Virus record (IMG/VR): IMGVR_UViG_3300008117_007749
DNA from: a virus
Direction: 5' to 3' (one strand)
Length of the DNA: 64,000 bases
Shown here: piece by piece, positions 30,258 to 40,718 of the stretch
Layout: every line of letters starts with the position of its first letter
How positions within the stretch are numbered: the stretch's first letter is position 1
Made by a program: the position numbers and the translations under genes
The notes under the pieces: model-generated
Seen by the model: the letters and a program-made list of their open reading frames with translations, nothing else
What the model was told of the DNA's origin: nothing
The model's database searches: none

Positions 30258-30878
30258 ATGGGATTACCACATTTTACTCAAGTAATTAACACAGGAACAC
30301 CAGGGGGACCTGGAACATTACCTGATGAGGTTGTATACTTAAACCTGTTTGAGATAAACTTTATCTTACCAGTTATACTTCAAGCTCAAGGTAGAGATCC
30401 ACTTTTATTGCTTCAAAACGCAACTAAAATAGACTTAAACTTAACTGAATTTGGAGTTACAGCAAAACCACAAAGATTCAAGTATTCAACTAGAATGTTT
30501 ATGACTCCTCCGGATAAAACAGACATTGCTTTTTCAATTCCATTCCAAGTGAATGTGAATCAAGCAGGTTCTATGGAAACTTGGAATACTTTAAAAGCTT
30601 GGTACGATTTAGTGTTCAACTCTCAAAACGGAGCTCTTCACTATAAATCTGATATCATCGGAACAATTATTGTAAATCAACACGATAAGAAAGGTGTTGT
30701 ATTAAGAAGAGTAACTTTTCAAAACGTTCAATTAACCAAAATAAGTGGATTTTCACTTGACTGGGGTTCTAACAACATTCAAGAAAACGTTTCAGCTGAT
30801 TTCGTAGCTGATTACTTCATCGATGAGTACATTGATGCTCAGTTTCAGATTAATCCACCAATCGTTAGTGGTTATTAA
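30258..30878 (+). CDS. Tail tube protein (gp19-like)
   Basis: NLFEI.F, W..L.AWYDLV, Y..DI..Q.D..G...R..TFQN...ISG..LDW; size and context. Confidence 0.8.
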   Translation: MGLPHFTQVINTGTPGGPGTLPDEVVYLNLFEINFILPVILQAQGRDPLLLLQNATKIDLNLTEFGVTAKPQRFKYSTRMFMTPPDKTDIAFSIPFQVNVNQAGSMETWNTLKAWYDLVFNSQNGALHYKSDIIGTIIVNQHDKKGVVLRRVTFQNVQLTKISGFSLDWGSNNIQENVSADFVADYFIDEYIDAQFQINPPIVSGY

Positions 30879-30896
30879 TATTAAACTACTTAAAAC

Positions 30897-30928
30897 AAAA
30901 AAACCCACCAAATTTTGGTGGGTTTTTT
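30897..30928. terminator. Bidirectional intrinsic terminator
   Basis: A7-CCCACCAAA/TTTGGTGGG-T6. Confidence 0.8.
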
Positions 30929-30940
30929 ATTTCTACAGTT

Positions 30941-31195
30941 TTAGAACTTTGGCATACTGAAATTTGGCGCACTAAAGTTTCCAGCTCCCTTCATCATTGA
31001 AGATGTGTCAGGCATTGACTTTGAATGATCATCTTCTTGTTTCTTCTTCTCTTTTTCTTCCTCTTCAATTAATTCATTAACGAGTTTGATGTTTTCTTCA
31101 AACATCCAGAATGGCCAACCATCAATTGCCCATTCTTGAAGATGAAAATGTTTTTGAAGCTGTAATTTATTCTTTAATATATGCTTCAAAGGCAT
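30941..31195 (-). CDS. Baseplate hub assembly protein (gp51-like)
   Basis: L.KHFH....IDGWPFWMFE..I..V...IEEE pattern, directly after the gp26-like gene (start MPLKHI). Confidence 0.6.
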   Translation of the reverse strand: MPLKHILKNKLQLQKHFHLQEWAIDGWPFWMFEENIKLVNELIEEEEKEKKKQEDDHSKSMPDTSSMMKGAGNFSAPNFSMPKF

Positions 31196-32108
31196 CTGAA
31201 ACAACGAAAATGCCTGAGGCTCCGTTGGGAAATTGCATATCAGTGCGGACCTCCGCACCGCACTCACAAGTTTTTTTCAAATCTTTGATACCAAAAGTCA
31301 TCTTTGTAACAGCAGCATTCAAAAATTGGAAAGAGATATCATCCATTTCTTCAAACTCTTTTAATTTAGCTTTGATACCGTCGTATGTTATTGCAGTTCT
31401 ACCTGGTAACATAAATGGAATAATCTTTAAGAAAGAAAGATTTGGTGTTCTTTTTTCATTATTTTCTTTGACAATATAGTCGGTAAATGCTTTTTGTAAT
31501 CCAATATTTGGAGGAGTTAATTCAAAGTTTTTACCATTGACCGTTTTGAAATTAAAAGTTCTTGAAGACAAACTAAAATATTTTTGTAACTTCTCATCGA
31601 TATCATAATAGTCAAAGTGATTTCTGTTTAATTCTATTTTTTGCTCAGCACCACAAGCACCACAATTTAGCGTAACAGCTAAAGAGTTTCCTTGTTGAAA
31701 AGTAAGCTCTCTAATTAAAAATATTAAATATAACCTGTCCTGGTCTTTAACCTCAAGAAATGATCCAACTTTACCATCAGGGTATTTAATCCTAACACAC
31801 GCTTGAAGCATATCATTCATTTTTTCAACTATATCGTAGAAGTTTTCATCATCAACCATAGAATAAGCTTGTATTTCTTTCACTTGAGCTGGTCTTACCA
31901 TAAAGAGTGTTCCGGTTGGATAAAATTGACCACAAGGTAGTTGATTTACATCCATATTAAAGAATTGTAAATCTGTAGTTCTTGAAGCATCTACTTGTTG
32001 AATAAATGGAATCTCCCCATCAGCAATTTTTTTACCAGTTTCTAACTCACTTAAATGTTTTTTTAAGTAGTCTTCTTCTGACATTTCTTGTTTTTTATTA
32101 TCTGACAT
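31167..32108 (-). CDS. Baseplate hub subunit (gp26-like)
   Basis: LPCGQFY, VRPAQVKE, DRLYLIFLIRELT, CGAC and CECG zinc knuckles. Confidence 0.7.
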   Translation of the reverse strand: MSDNKKQEMSEEDYLKKHLSELETGKKIADGEIPFIQQVDASRTTDLQFFNMDVNQLPCGQFYPTGTLFMVRPAQVKEIQAYSMVDDENFYDIVEKMNDMLQACVRIKYPDGKVGSFLEVKDQDRLYLIFLIRELTFQQGNSLAVTLNCGACGAEQKIELNRNHFDYYDIDEKLQKYFSLSSRTFNFKTVNGKNFELTPPNIGLQKAFTDYIVKENNEKRTPNLSFLKIIPFMLPGRTAITYDGIKAKLKEFEEMDDISFQFLNAAVTKMTFGIKDLKKTCECGAEVRTDMQFPNGASGIFVVSDAFEAYIKE

Positions 32109-32192
32109 ATTATTAAATATTTTTTTTTATATATTCGAGAGTTTATCTCCTCTATTATAATTAATAATTTCAAATAAGTTTATATTATAAAT

Positions 32193-32223
32193 AAAAAAAC
32201 CTCCAATTATAATTGGAGGTTTT
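32193..32223. terminator. Intrinsic terminator after tail sheath gene
   Basis: A7-CCTCCAATT/AATTGGAGG-T run. Confidence 0.75.
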
Positions 32224-32245
32224 AGATTGTTTAATTATTCTTATC

Positions 32246-35200
32246 TTAAGAGTTGATGAAACCACCAGCACTGATAGCACCTGTTCTAAGAATCGTAATG
32301 TTATTAACAATAACACCCATTCCTTTGATTGGTTCAACATAAGTATCAAGAACACCGATTTGATTATCAATGATTTCTGGAGTGTTATTTTCATCATCCA
32401 TTTTATTGAAATAGTTATATAAACCATTTTTACCAACATATGTTTCACAAATAACGTCAGCTCTTAACTTAATTTCAGCTCTGATATCTGGTGTATTAAA
32501 TTTCCACTGGAAGTCCAATAACATTCTCGATAACTCTCTCTCAAGTTCAATCAATACCTCTCTTACGTGAATGTAAGAAAGAGCTGACTTATAAAGAGTC
32601 TGAGCCGTATTTTCAGTCTCAATTACAAAACCTCTATTTCTTTTGAATACCAAAGGATTCATTTGAGCTATGTTAAGGTTTTCAATATCACTTGGAGTTA
32701 AATCTTGTTCCAAACTATTGATGTTTGTAATTCTACCATTAGTAACACCCGCAGCTATCGTCCAAGGAGTAACATTTCCTACATTAGAGATATGTTTTCT
32801 CATATATGTAGTTGCTACGAATGGAGCTGGTGGATGATCTAAAGGTCTTCCATTATCATTTATATTTACATAAGGGAAGAAGTATCCTACACAAGTTGTT
32901 CCTCCTCCTTCACCAAATGAGTAAAGGAATGCTGGATTACTCTCAGGATCACCTCCTGAAGCAATAAACGCAGTTTGTAAAACTCCTTCATTATTAACAA
33001 AAGAAGGCGAAGATGAATTTTTGAAAGATCTAGCAGACGGCATGTTAATGAAACCGAATGAGTCTAATCTATCTCCACAAATATCCATCAATTGTTGCTT
33101 ACTTCTTTCAGTAAGACCCAATCCAAATGAGTCAATTAAATATCTAAAGTCAATTGCTTCTTTATTAGTTGTTGCTTTAAATAAAGGTGTTCCTTTAGCA
33201 ACTAAGTTTAAGATAGCATTTTGCTTAGATTCTGTACCATCAGGAAGTGAAGCATTTCTGATTCTAAATCCTTTAAGAGAGATTGCCTTATATGTAGTAG
33301 CATATTGATCGATTGTTACAAATCTTGTAGTTTGTAAGTCACCACCAAAGTTTCTTATAGCAATTCTTGAGTCACAAGTAACCTCAACAAGTGATGGATC
33401 TCCACTATATTGTCTTTTAGAAAGAACTCTAGTTATTTTTCTTGGATATTCACCAACTTGTAAAAGTGATGTATCATAGAAAGCCTCTAAGAAATCACCA
33501 ACTTTAATTTCTGTATATCTAGCACCATCAATTAAAATCTTATTAGGTGTTTGAACATAACCAGATGGAACCTCAAGTTCAATAGTCTGAGTAAAGTTTG
33601 ACTTATCAGATTGAACATAGAAAGTATTATTTGCTTCAGGATCAACATCAATATCACTATCAAGTAAAGAGTCTTTAAACTCAACCGAAAGTACTCCATT
33701 TCCATCTAAGAACATTCTTAAATAATGTCTTCCTAAATAGTCATAAATAAGACTAACATCAAATAGTTCTTCATATTCAACTTCTTCATTAACTTGATAA
33801 GCGAAGAAGTTAGAAGCTGTATAACCAAGAGCCGCTGCTAACTGAGCTGGAGTTTGACCAGCATTTACAGAGTTTGATACTATTGTAAATGATCCTTTAT
33901 TTTTAGAAGCTGAAGGGAACATTAGTTGTTCAAAAGTTGCTAAGTTAGTCTCAGTTTCAAAGCTAGGAGCATTGAAGATAATATAATCATAACCAGCGTA
34001 TGAAGACGTAGGTGATCCAAGAGGAGCAGATTCTCCATCCACAAATACCACATCAACTGTTCCACCTGTAGAAGCATACGCGTTAGCAAATCCACCATCC
34101 ATAGCCGAAGCATCAAGATATAGTCTGTTAGCGTAGAAGAAGTCTTTTGTATTGATTTGACCATCAAAATATCTTTGATAGAATTTAGAGTATTTTGCAA
34201 CAACTCCCAATTCATTTAAGCTTGTTCCAGCAACTTCATCCTTAGTGATTACGCCATCAAATCCAAGTAAGAATTCGTTATCTTCAGTATAAAGAATAAA
34301 CATACCACCTAATACATTAGAAAGTTCGGCTTGTGAAAGACCAGTTGTTAAAATAAACGACTTATTTTGAGTTGTTGAATTAACAATATTTGAAATAGTC
34401 ACATTCGACATACTATATTTCACATCAGTATCAGTTGGTCCAAGTAAAAGAGTCATTTTATCTTTTCCTGGGCTATCAATAATATTTGTTAATCTGTTAA
34501 ATAGTTTAAATCTTCTGTATTGATCGTAGTTAGATGGACTAGCGATTGCCGCTGTATCATTAAATGTAATTTTAATTTTACCAGTAGTTGGGTCTTCTAA
34601 TGAGATATAATAGTCGTCACCAGATTGAGTACCAAATTGATAATCAATAAATCCTTGTGTTCCAACATTAACATTTATAAAGTTAGATACAAGTGAACCT
34701 AAATTGACAAATTGATTAGCATTTACATCAACATCAATATATCCTAATACGATATCTGTTGTAGCGACACTTGGATTAACACCTTCTGTCAAGCTATTAA
34801 TAACTGAGATTTCACCAGTATTATCAATAACAAATACTGAACGGTATGTCGCAGTAGTTGTAGAGTAAGGATAATCAGAAGCACTTATATTAAGTGTAAC
34901 TGAACCAGATGATGTTCCTTGAACAGGAATATAAGTCTCTCCAATAACAACATAAGAATCAGATATCAAATCATAATCAACACTAATAGATTGAGTTGAA
35001 GATGTGATAGGAGAAGTCGGTCTTGTAACACCATACACCGAATATTCAGCAAACCAAGCAGTTCTCTCATCAGCATTTACCACAACACCCGAAGGCTTAA
35101 CACCACCAGAAACGTTTCCACCAAATGCATGAGGATCTTGATTAATATATCCATATCCGGACCAAGTACCACCCAACATAGCAGTTACGTTACCAGGTAA

Positions 35201-36226
35201 GTCTAATGGAGTATTAGTAATCATCACAGATTCAGTGATGGTTTCTTTATAAGAAAGGAAATTAACATCCATATCTTCAGCTCCAACTAAAGTATTACCT
35301 AATAAGTCAAGTAATCCTGTGTAATAGTCTTTTTCAACTAAATCATTGTTAAATGCACAGAACACACCAGTTCTATCAGTATCTCTGTTAATTGTAGTTT
35401 CAATAAATATATTTCTTCCGTTTAAATCTCTAAAATATGGTATTAATGACAATCCTTCATAATAAGCAAGTGTAGTGATATTTCTATCATTGGCGAAGTT
35501 TCTAACTTCACTCTTTCTCAAACCAGAAGCATTAAAGTAAGCACTCCATCTGTTATCAACAGCAAGTTCTTGATAATTTGACCAATCACCAGCTACAATA
35601 ACAACATCCACTAAGTAATCAGACGCATAATCATTAGGATTGACATAAGCTGGCATTCTTTCAATTGATCCGTACCACTCTAACATAGTTCTATCAAAAC
35701 CAGTTAATGTAGATTTGAAAGTAAATATAGTTACATATCTATCTGATAAGTTAGTTAGACTTAATGCTCTCTCTGAGTAACCTAAGTTATTTTTTGTAAG
35801 ATTAATAAATGACTCAGTGTCTCTTTTCCAGAAACCAGTAGTATCAAAAAATCTTCTATATGGACCTTCTCTTTCAATGTCGTTGTTATATCCAGAAGAA
35901 GATGATAATGATTGATATTCAATCACATCTAAAGTATCGTCTGTTAATAACAAGTTCATTGCAAAAACAGGAGCTGTTTCAAGCATTTTTGCAACTGTTC
36001 TGTGAAAGAATGATCCTTTTCTCTCAAGAGATCTATCTAATTGACCAAAAATAGACTCAAAATCACCAGTAGTAGTGACTCTGATTGGAGTATTAACTGG
36101 TCCTTTTTTAGAAACCCCAATAATTAAATTTGTGATTCCTTCTACCACAGGACTAGTTATGACTGATTTGTCAAATTCCTCGATGAAGATTCCTGGTCTC
36201 TTGTATTTTCCAATTTGAATTGCCAT
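32246..36226 (-). CDS. Tail sheath protein (gp18-like) with a large central insertion
   Basis: N-terminal RPGIFIEEFD..GVSKKGPVNTP; C-terminal PWTIAAG..NG, NPLVF, SALSYIHVREVL, MDDENNTPEIIDNQIGVLDTYVEPIKGM. Confidence 0.92.
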   Translation of the reverse strand: MAIQIGKYKRPGIFIEEFDKSVITSPVVEGITNLIIGVSKKGPVNTPIRVTTTGDFESIFGQLDRSLERKGSFFHRTVAKMLETAPVFAMNLLLTDDTLDVIEYQSLSSSSGYNNDIEREGPYRRFFDTTGFWKRDTESFINLTKNNLGYSERALSLTNLSDRYVTIFTFKSTLTGFDRTMLEWYGSIERMPAYVNPNDYASDYLVDVVIVAGDWSNYQELAVDNRWSAYFNASGLRKSEVRNFANDRNITTLAYYEGLSLIPYFRDLNGRNIFIETTINRDTDRTGVFCAFNNDLVEKDYYTGLLDLLGNTLVGAEDMDVNFLSYKETITESVMITNTPLDLPGNVTAMLGGTWSGYGYINQDPHAFGGNVSGGVKPSGVVVNADERTAWFAEYSVYGVTRPTSPITSSTQSISVDYDLISDSYVVIGETYIPVQGTSSGSVTLNISASDYPYSTTTATYRSVFVIDNTGEISVINSLTEGVNPSVATTDIVLGYIDVDVNANQFVNLGSLVSNFINVNVGTQGFIDYQFGTQSGDDYYISLEDPTTGKIKITFNDTAAIASPSNYDQYRRFKLFNRLTNIIDSPGKDKMTLLLGPTDTDVKYSMSNVTISNIVNSTTQNKSFILTTGLSQAELSNVLGGMFILYTEDNEFLLGFDGVITKDEVAGTSLNELGVVAKYSKFYQRYFDGQINTKDFFYANRLYLDASAMDGGFANAYASTGGTVDVVFVDGESAPLGSPTSSYAGYDYIIFNAPSFETETNLATFEQLMFPSASKNKGSFTIVSNSVNAGQTPAQLAAALGYTASNFFAYQVNEEVEYEELFDVSLIYDYLGRHYLRMFLDGNGVLSVEFKDSLLDSDIDVDPEANNTFYVQSDKSNFTQTIELEVPSGYVQTPNKILIDGARYTEIKVGDFLEAFYDTSLLQVGEYPRKITRVLSKRQYSGDPSLVEVTCDSRIAIRNFGGDLQTTRFVTIDQYATTYKAISLKGFRIRNASLPDGTESKQNAILNLVAKGTPLFKATTNKEAIDFRYLIDSFGLGLTERSKQQLMDICGDRLDSFGFINMPSARSFKNSSSPSFVNNEGVLQTAFIASGGDPESNPAFLYSFGEGGGTTCVGYFFPYVNINDNGRPLDHPPAPFVATTYMRKHISNVGNVTPWTIAAGVTNGRITNINSLEQDLTPSDIENLNIAQMNPLVFKRNRGFVIETENTAQTLYKSALSYIHVREVLIELERELSRMLLDFQWKFNTPDIRAEIKLRADVICETYVGKNGLYNYFNKMDDENNTPEIIDNQIGVLDTYVEPIKGMGVIVNNITILRTGAISAGGFINS

Positions 36227-36289
36227 ATTGTTATTTTAATTTTTTATAATTTTTATAGTATATATAAAGTTGAAAAAATGATATTTTTT

Positions 36290-36823
36290 CTATTTTTGGT
36301 CTTCTTGTTTAATATTCTGTGTATTTTTAGTAATTTCTTTCTTTAAATCTTCCATTTTTTTAGTATGTTTAGTTTTAAAGTCTTGTAACTCTTTCATCTT
36401 ATTGGCTATTTTAGCATCGTAACTACCCATTCTCGACTTAATATCATTCAATTTAAATGATATACGTTGTTTAATATCAGACCCCTGCGCTAAAGACATT
36501 TCACTATTAAAATCATCTAATTTAATTTTATCATCTGTTTTATTTTTTTGAATATCAAATATTTCTTTTTGAAGTCTTAATAATTTTGTAAGTTCCGATA
36601 AAAACGGATTTTTATCCTTTTCTTCACCTAATATCTTTTTTAAACCTTCTTCAATTTCTAAATTATTAGAAGTGCTACTATAGAGAGATTCAATTTTAGA
36701 CTTTTTTTGATTATATTCTAATAAATTTTGTGACACATCATTTGTCTGTTCCTTTGCAAGTTTAACATCAGGTTTATCAGTGTCTTTAATTTCAATATCT
36801 TCAAAGTATTTTAAGTATTTCAT
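36290..36823 (-). CDS. Coiled-coil protein with N-terminal MKYLKYFE tag
   Basis: Heptad-rich; shared N-terminal motif. Confidence 0.6.
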   Translation of the reverse strand: MKYLKYFEDIEIKDTDKPDVKLAKEQTNDVSQNLLEYNQKKSKIESLYSSTSNNLEIEEGLKKILGEEKDKNPFLSELTKLLRLQKEIFDIQKNKTDDKIKLDDFNSEMSLAQGSDIKQRISFKLNDIKSRMGSYDAKIANKMKELQDFKTKHTKKMEDLKKEITKNTQNIKQEDQK

Positions 36824-39696
36824 TTTGATTTTGAAATATTTTCATCAGATTTTAGACTTTCTAAAATATTTTTAAAACCAGAGGTTTGGTCAATGGCAAC
36901 TCTCAATTTAGCCATATCCGTATTTTTGTAAAGAGTATATGTTTCTTTATCTTTCTCTCCACTCTGTTTAGATAAAAAGTGAATATCTTTAACTGAAATT
37001 GTTTTTCCTTTTTCATCATTTTTTCCCTTTGAATCAATAGCGTTAATTTCAAATTTTTCTTTTCTTTTAAGTATAAAATCTATTAAATCTTGTTTTTTAA
37101 TTTTTGTCCCAAATATTCCAAAGGATTCTTTTTCTAATTTGACCTGGGCTCCATTTTTAATGGAATCTTCTCTACTCACAGTAGGTGATCCTCCCTTAAT
37201 TTGAGACTTTAAATAAGCATTGTGATAGTAAAAAGTTCTTGAATAAGTCAGATAATAGAAATCTTTTTGAAAATCTTGAATATTAAAATAAAATCTAACA
37301 TCTTCTCCCTTTTCGTTGGTTGCCTTTATCTGAAAAGACATTCCATCAAATTTACCAGAATTCAATTCATCTTTGACTTCCTCTCTTCTAACAAAAACAT
37401 ACTTCAATTCTTCAATAGCATCAGCAATAGGACCAATATCTTCAGTATCTGGATTTCCAGTTCTTGGATCTTTATCACTAACACTCTCATCTTTGATATC
37501 AACGTCATCAGTCACTTCACCAAAATATTTGTTAAGGTATTTCTTTTGAGTTCCCGCAGTACTACCGGAATCACTAGATTTATATAATTCTTCACCATCT
37601 AATAAGTCTAAAATCATCTGTCTAAGAATAGCACCAGCGTTATCTTTAACTCTATCACCATTTCTTATTGATGTGCCTTTATCAAATACCTCTTCATATT
37701 CTTTGAAAACATCAAATACATAATTTTCCCACTTATTAAATAGTCTATTATTTCTATAAGGACCATCTCCTTTTCCCGACATTTCACCAGATGTGTTACC
37801 AAAGGCGGTCCATTGATTCATAGTAATGGCATTTAATTTACCATCTGTTCTTCCTGAAAAAGGTATAGCATTTTTAGTATGTATTTTATAAGCTCTATTA
37901 AATATTCTAAAGATTTCAATAATAGGTCCGATTCCTTGAATAACTATTCGACCTTCATTATCTTTTTTATACTCTTTAACTTTCTCTTCAACTTCATCTA
38001 CATCATCTTGTGAAATTGCCCAATATTTTAAGTCAAAGTTCTTATTGTAATATTCTCTAATTTGGTCAGATACAGACTTTTTAGTTTCACCTTCACCCTC
38101 ACCTTCTTCAGCTTCATTTATTTTACGAATAAATGAATCATATTTTAGAAGAACTTTTTCATTTTTCTTTACTTCTTCACCTTCTTCTTTCTTAGGCTCT
38201 ATTTTCTTAATTTGAGATTTTGTAAGAACTTTCATCGCCTCAACATATTCCTTAAGTGGTTTTCCTAAATCACCTAAACCACCGTAAAGATTTTCACCAT
38301 CAAATTGCATCGCTCTTTTAGTAAAGATTGCAATTTTTTGAGACACGTTTATAGTAGTTCCAGTATTATCTAAAACTTCTAGACTCTCTTTATACAGTGG
38401 ATCTTGAGCCGCATTTAATGTATTCTTTTTATCACCAACTAAAAATCGATTAACTTCAAAGAAAAGACTATAAATAACTCTTTTTGCACGAGCTGTAACT
38501 TTTTTATCTTTAACAACAGCTTGTGATGTAACCGCATTTAAGAAATCAGTTGTCACCGAAATGTCTTTATCTTTAGACTCTAAAAATTCACAAGACTTTT
38601 TAAGTTTAGCAAAGGCCTGAGTTAGAAAATCTTCACCGGTTTTGATATTGGCTCTTTCCTGACCACCACCAGCGCCTATTGGCGTTTTACTACCTTCTTT
38701 ATTACTACCACCTAAAGCATCTTCGAATAAGAACATAAAGTCCTCCATTACAAGTACTATTTCAGCTGGTAGCGTTTGAGTATTTTTGTCTTTTCCTGGC
38801 TCAAAAAACTCAGCGAATTTCTTTTTTTCACCTTTATGTGTTACAATTTGATTCTTTGCCAAGATATCTTTTTCTTTTAACTTGAATTTATTTGTTTGTA
38901 AATCTGTTGCTATTTTAGTCAATGTATCACCTTGTTTTGTAACATATGTATGTTTTTTCGAATCAGCTTGAGGTTTTGCATTTATTGTAACTTTTTTATA
39001 ATAAGCCAAAATAAGAGCAAGTGACTTTAATGATTTAATCATTGTTGTGTAAATAGGTTTTCCATCAGAACCGGTCTGACCATCAGCTGACTGAGAATCT
39101 TCTCCTTGACCATCACCTTCTCCTTCTTCACCCTCACTGAGTTCTTCTTCTCTTGATCTCCCACCTTCATCATCTTTGAATTGGTCAAGCCATTTTCTAA
39201 ATTCTTCTAATTTATCCAACAACTCTTCTTTTACATCTTGACTTTCTTCATCAACCTGAATTGCATCTATCTCGAAAATTGTTTCATCACAGATATTTTT
39301 AATATCACCAACTCTAAGACCATCTTCGACTGCTTGAGTCAAAGCTCTCAGAAGAGTTGCTATTTTCATTCTAGATATTCTAGAACCTGTTTCAGAATCT
39401 TCATTTGAAATTTCTTCAATAGATGTTTGCATTATATAATTGAAATGATTCTTCAATCTTCTACCTTGAATATCTATTCTAAGAGCGTTTGCATTTTCTT
39501 GAACTTTTCTTAATGTGGAGTTTATAAGTCTTCCCAATAAAGAGTCTCCCCAGTTAATCTCGTTACCTAATGGCCCAGTATTTGGACTACTTTCATAAAC
39601 TTTCTGCAAATTTTTATAAAAGAGTTCTTCTTGTTGTTTTTCTCTAATCTGAGACCTTTTTTGTAAGTAATTATCTTTGTGATTTAAATACTTCAT
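36820..39696 (-). CDS. Large probable internal virion protein with LysM-like segment
   Basis: HTYVTKQGDTLTKIA; acidic linkers; internal KYDSFIRKINEAE. Start at 39696 after TTAATATATAG. Confidence 0.55.
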   Translation of the reverse strand: MKYLNHKDNYLQKRSQIREKQQEELFYKNLQKVYESSPNTGPLGNEINWGDSLLGRLINSTLRKVQENANALRIDIQGRRLKNHFNYIMQTSIEEISNEDSETGSRISRMKIATLLRALTQAVEDGLRVGDIKNICDETIFEIDAIQVDEESQDVKEELLDKLEEFRKWLDQFKDDEGGRSREEELSEGEEGEGDGQGEDSQSADGQTGSDGKPIYTTMIKSLKSLALILAYYKKVTINAKPQADSKKHTYVTKQGDTLTKIATDLQTNKFKLKEKDILAKNQIVTHKGEKKKFAEFFEPGKDKNTQTLPAEIVLVMEDFMFLFEDALGGSNKEGSKTPIGAGGGQERANIKTGEDFLTQAFAKLKKSCEFLESKDKDISVTTDFLNAVTSQAVVKDKKVTARAKRVIYSLFFEVNRFLVGDKKNTLNAAQDPLYKESLEVLDNTGTTINVSQKIAIFTKRAMQFDGENLYGGLGDLGKPLKEYVEAMKVLTKSQIKKIEPKKEEGEEVKKNEKVLLKYDSFIRKINEAEEGEGEGETKKSVSDQIREYYNKNFDLKYWAISQDDVDEVEEKVKEYKKDNEGRIVIQGIGPIIEIFRIFNRAYKIHTKNAIPFSGRTDGKLNAITMNQWTAFGNTSGEMSGKGDGPYRNNRLFNKWENYVFDVFKEYEEVFDKGTSIRNGDRVKDNAGAILRQMILDLLDGEELYKSSDSGSTAGTQKKYLNKYFGEVTDDVDIKDESVSDKDPRTGNPDTEDIGPIADAIEELKYVFVRREEVKDELNSGKFDGMSFQIKATNEKGEDVRFYFNIQDFQKDFYYLTYSRTFYYHNAYLKSQIKGGSPTVSREDSIKNGAQVKLEKESFGIFGTKIKKQDLIDFILKRKEKFEINAIDSKGKNDEKGKTISVKDIHFLSKQSGEKDKETYTLYKNTDMAKLRVAIDQTSGFKNILESLKSDENISKSK

Positions 39697-39768
39697 GTTA
39701 AAGTAAAATATATTTTTTCTATATATTAAGATTAAATTGCTCAATTTTTACTTTATTTAATAAATAAA

Positions 39769-39799
39769 TTTGTCACTTCTAATTTTTTTATTATATTTG
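39769..39799 (+). promoter_or_regulatory. Bacteroidota primary-sigma promoter (TTTG-N19-TATATTTG)
   Basis: -33 TTTG at 39769-39772 and -7 TAnnTTTG at 39792-39799. Confidence 0.65.
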
Positions 39800-39828
39800 T
39801 ATAAATAATCACTACAAAAAACAAAAAA

Positions 39829-40272
39829 ATGAAAAACATCATCTGCGTTGATTTAACTAAATACAATCAGTCACAATTGTCAAAAATATCAGACATTATC
39901 GGTATAGTAGATGGGTCTCTTCAATCTTCAAAAAAAGAAGGTGTTAAGAAAGTTTTTTTCGATAAAGAAAAAAACTTATTCATCGGTGAAATAATTAAAG
40001 AAACATCTAATTACCTATATTCTTACAAAGGTCTTATACTCACAACAGAATATTCTTATCTTTCAAAAAAAGAAAAAGAAAATCTTATCAAAATGTCAGG
40101 AACTAATTTTGATAGTAAAAACTCAGTTGTCAAAGTTCAAAACACTAAATCCGAATCAACGATTTCTGTAAAACTTGAGGTAGATGCTATTTTAGAAAAA
40201 ATATTCAATTTTGGAATTAATTCTTTGACAAAATCTGAAAAAGAGTTTTTGGACAAAGAGTCTCAGAAATAA
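39829..40272 (+). CDS. Hypothetical early protein with C-terminal DUF6576-like motif
   Basis: VDAILEKIFNFGINSLTKSEKEFL. Confidence 0.6.
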   Translation: MKNIICVDLTKYNQSQLSKISDIIGIVDGSLQSSKKEGVKKVFFDKEKNLFIGEIIKETSNYLYSYKGLILTTEYSYLSKKEKENLIKMSGTNFDSKNSVVKVQNTKSESTISVKLEVDAILEKIFNFGINSLTKSEKEFLDKESQK

Positions 40273-40275
40273 TGT

Positions 40276-40310
40276 AAAAAACCGACAAAATTTGTCGGTT
40301 TTATTTTTTT
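40276..40310 (+). terminator. Intrinsic terminator
   Basis: AAAACCGACAAA/TTTGTCGGTTTT plus T run. Confidence 0.75.
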
Positions 40311-40419
40311 AAAATTATTTTTTTTGAAATTTTATTAAATTTTTTAAAAAATCCGCCTTTTCAAATATTAATGAAAAAAAGTTCTAATATATAACCATGT
40401 AAATTGAACTTTTTTAAAG

Positions 40420-40701
40420 ATGGAAATTTTAGAACTTAAGTATAATGATAGAATTTATACTAACAAACGTGACATAATCAATACACTTAAATCAAATGAA
40501 TTTTATTGGTTAATTGACTCAGAGATTGCAGATGCTGTCATTGAGATAAAAAATAATACACTTATATGGCATGATGGTATATTTATGACTGGAGACTGGC
40601 ACTATGGAATATTCAAAAATGGTGAATTTTACGGTAACTGGGAAAACGGAATATGGGAAAGCGGTTTATTTAAAGGCAATTGGAAAAGCGGATTAAAATA
40701 A
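40420..40701 (+). CDS. Protein with (W/F)xxG pentapeptide-like repeats
   Basis: WHDGIFMTGDWHYGIFKNGEFYGNWENGIWESGLFKGNWKSG. Confidence 0.6.
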   Translation: MEILELKYNDRIYTNKRDIINTLKSNEFYWLIDSEIADAVIEIKNNTLIWHDGIFMTGDWHYGIFKNGEFYGNWENGIWESGLFKGNWKSGLK

Positions 40702-40718
40702 AAAATAATCACACTACT

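Noticed and set aside
31167-31267. Programmed frameshift joining gp26-like and gp51-like ORFs
   Set aside because: No convincing slippery heptamer; an in-frame ATG at 31195 explains the overlap
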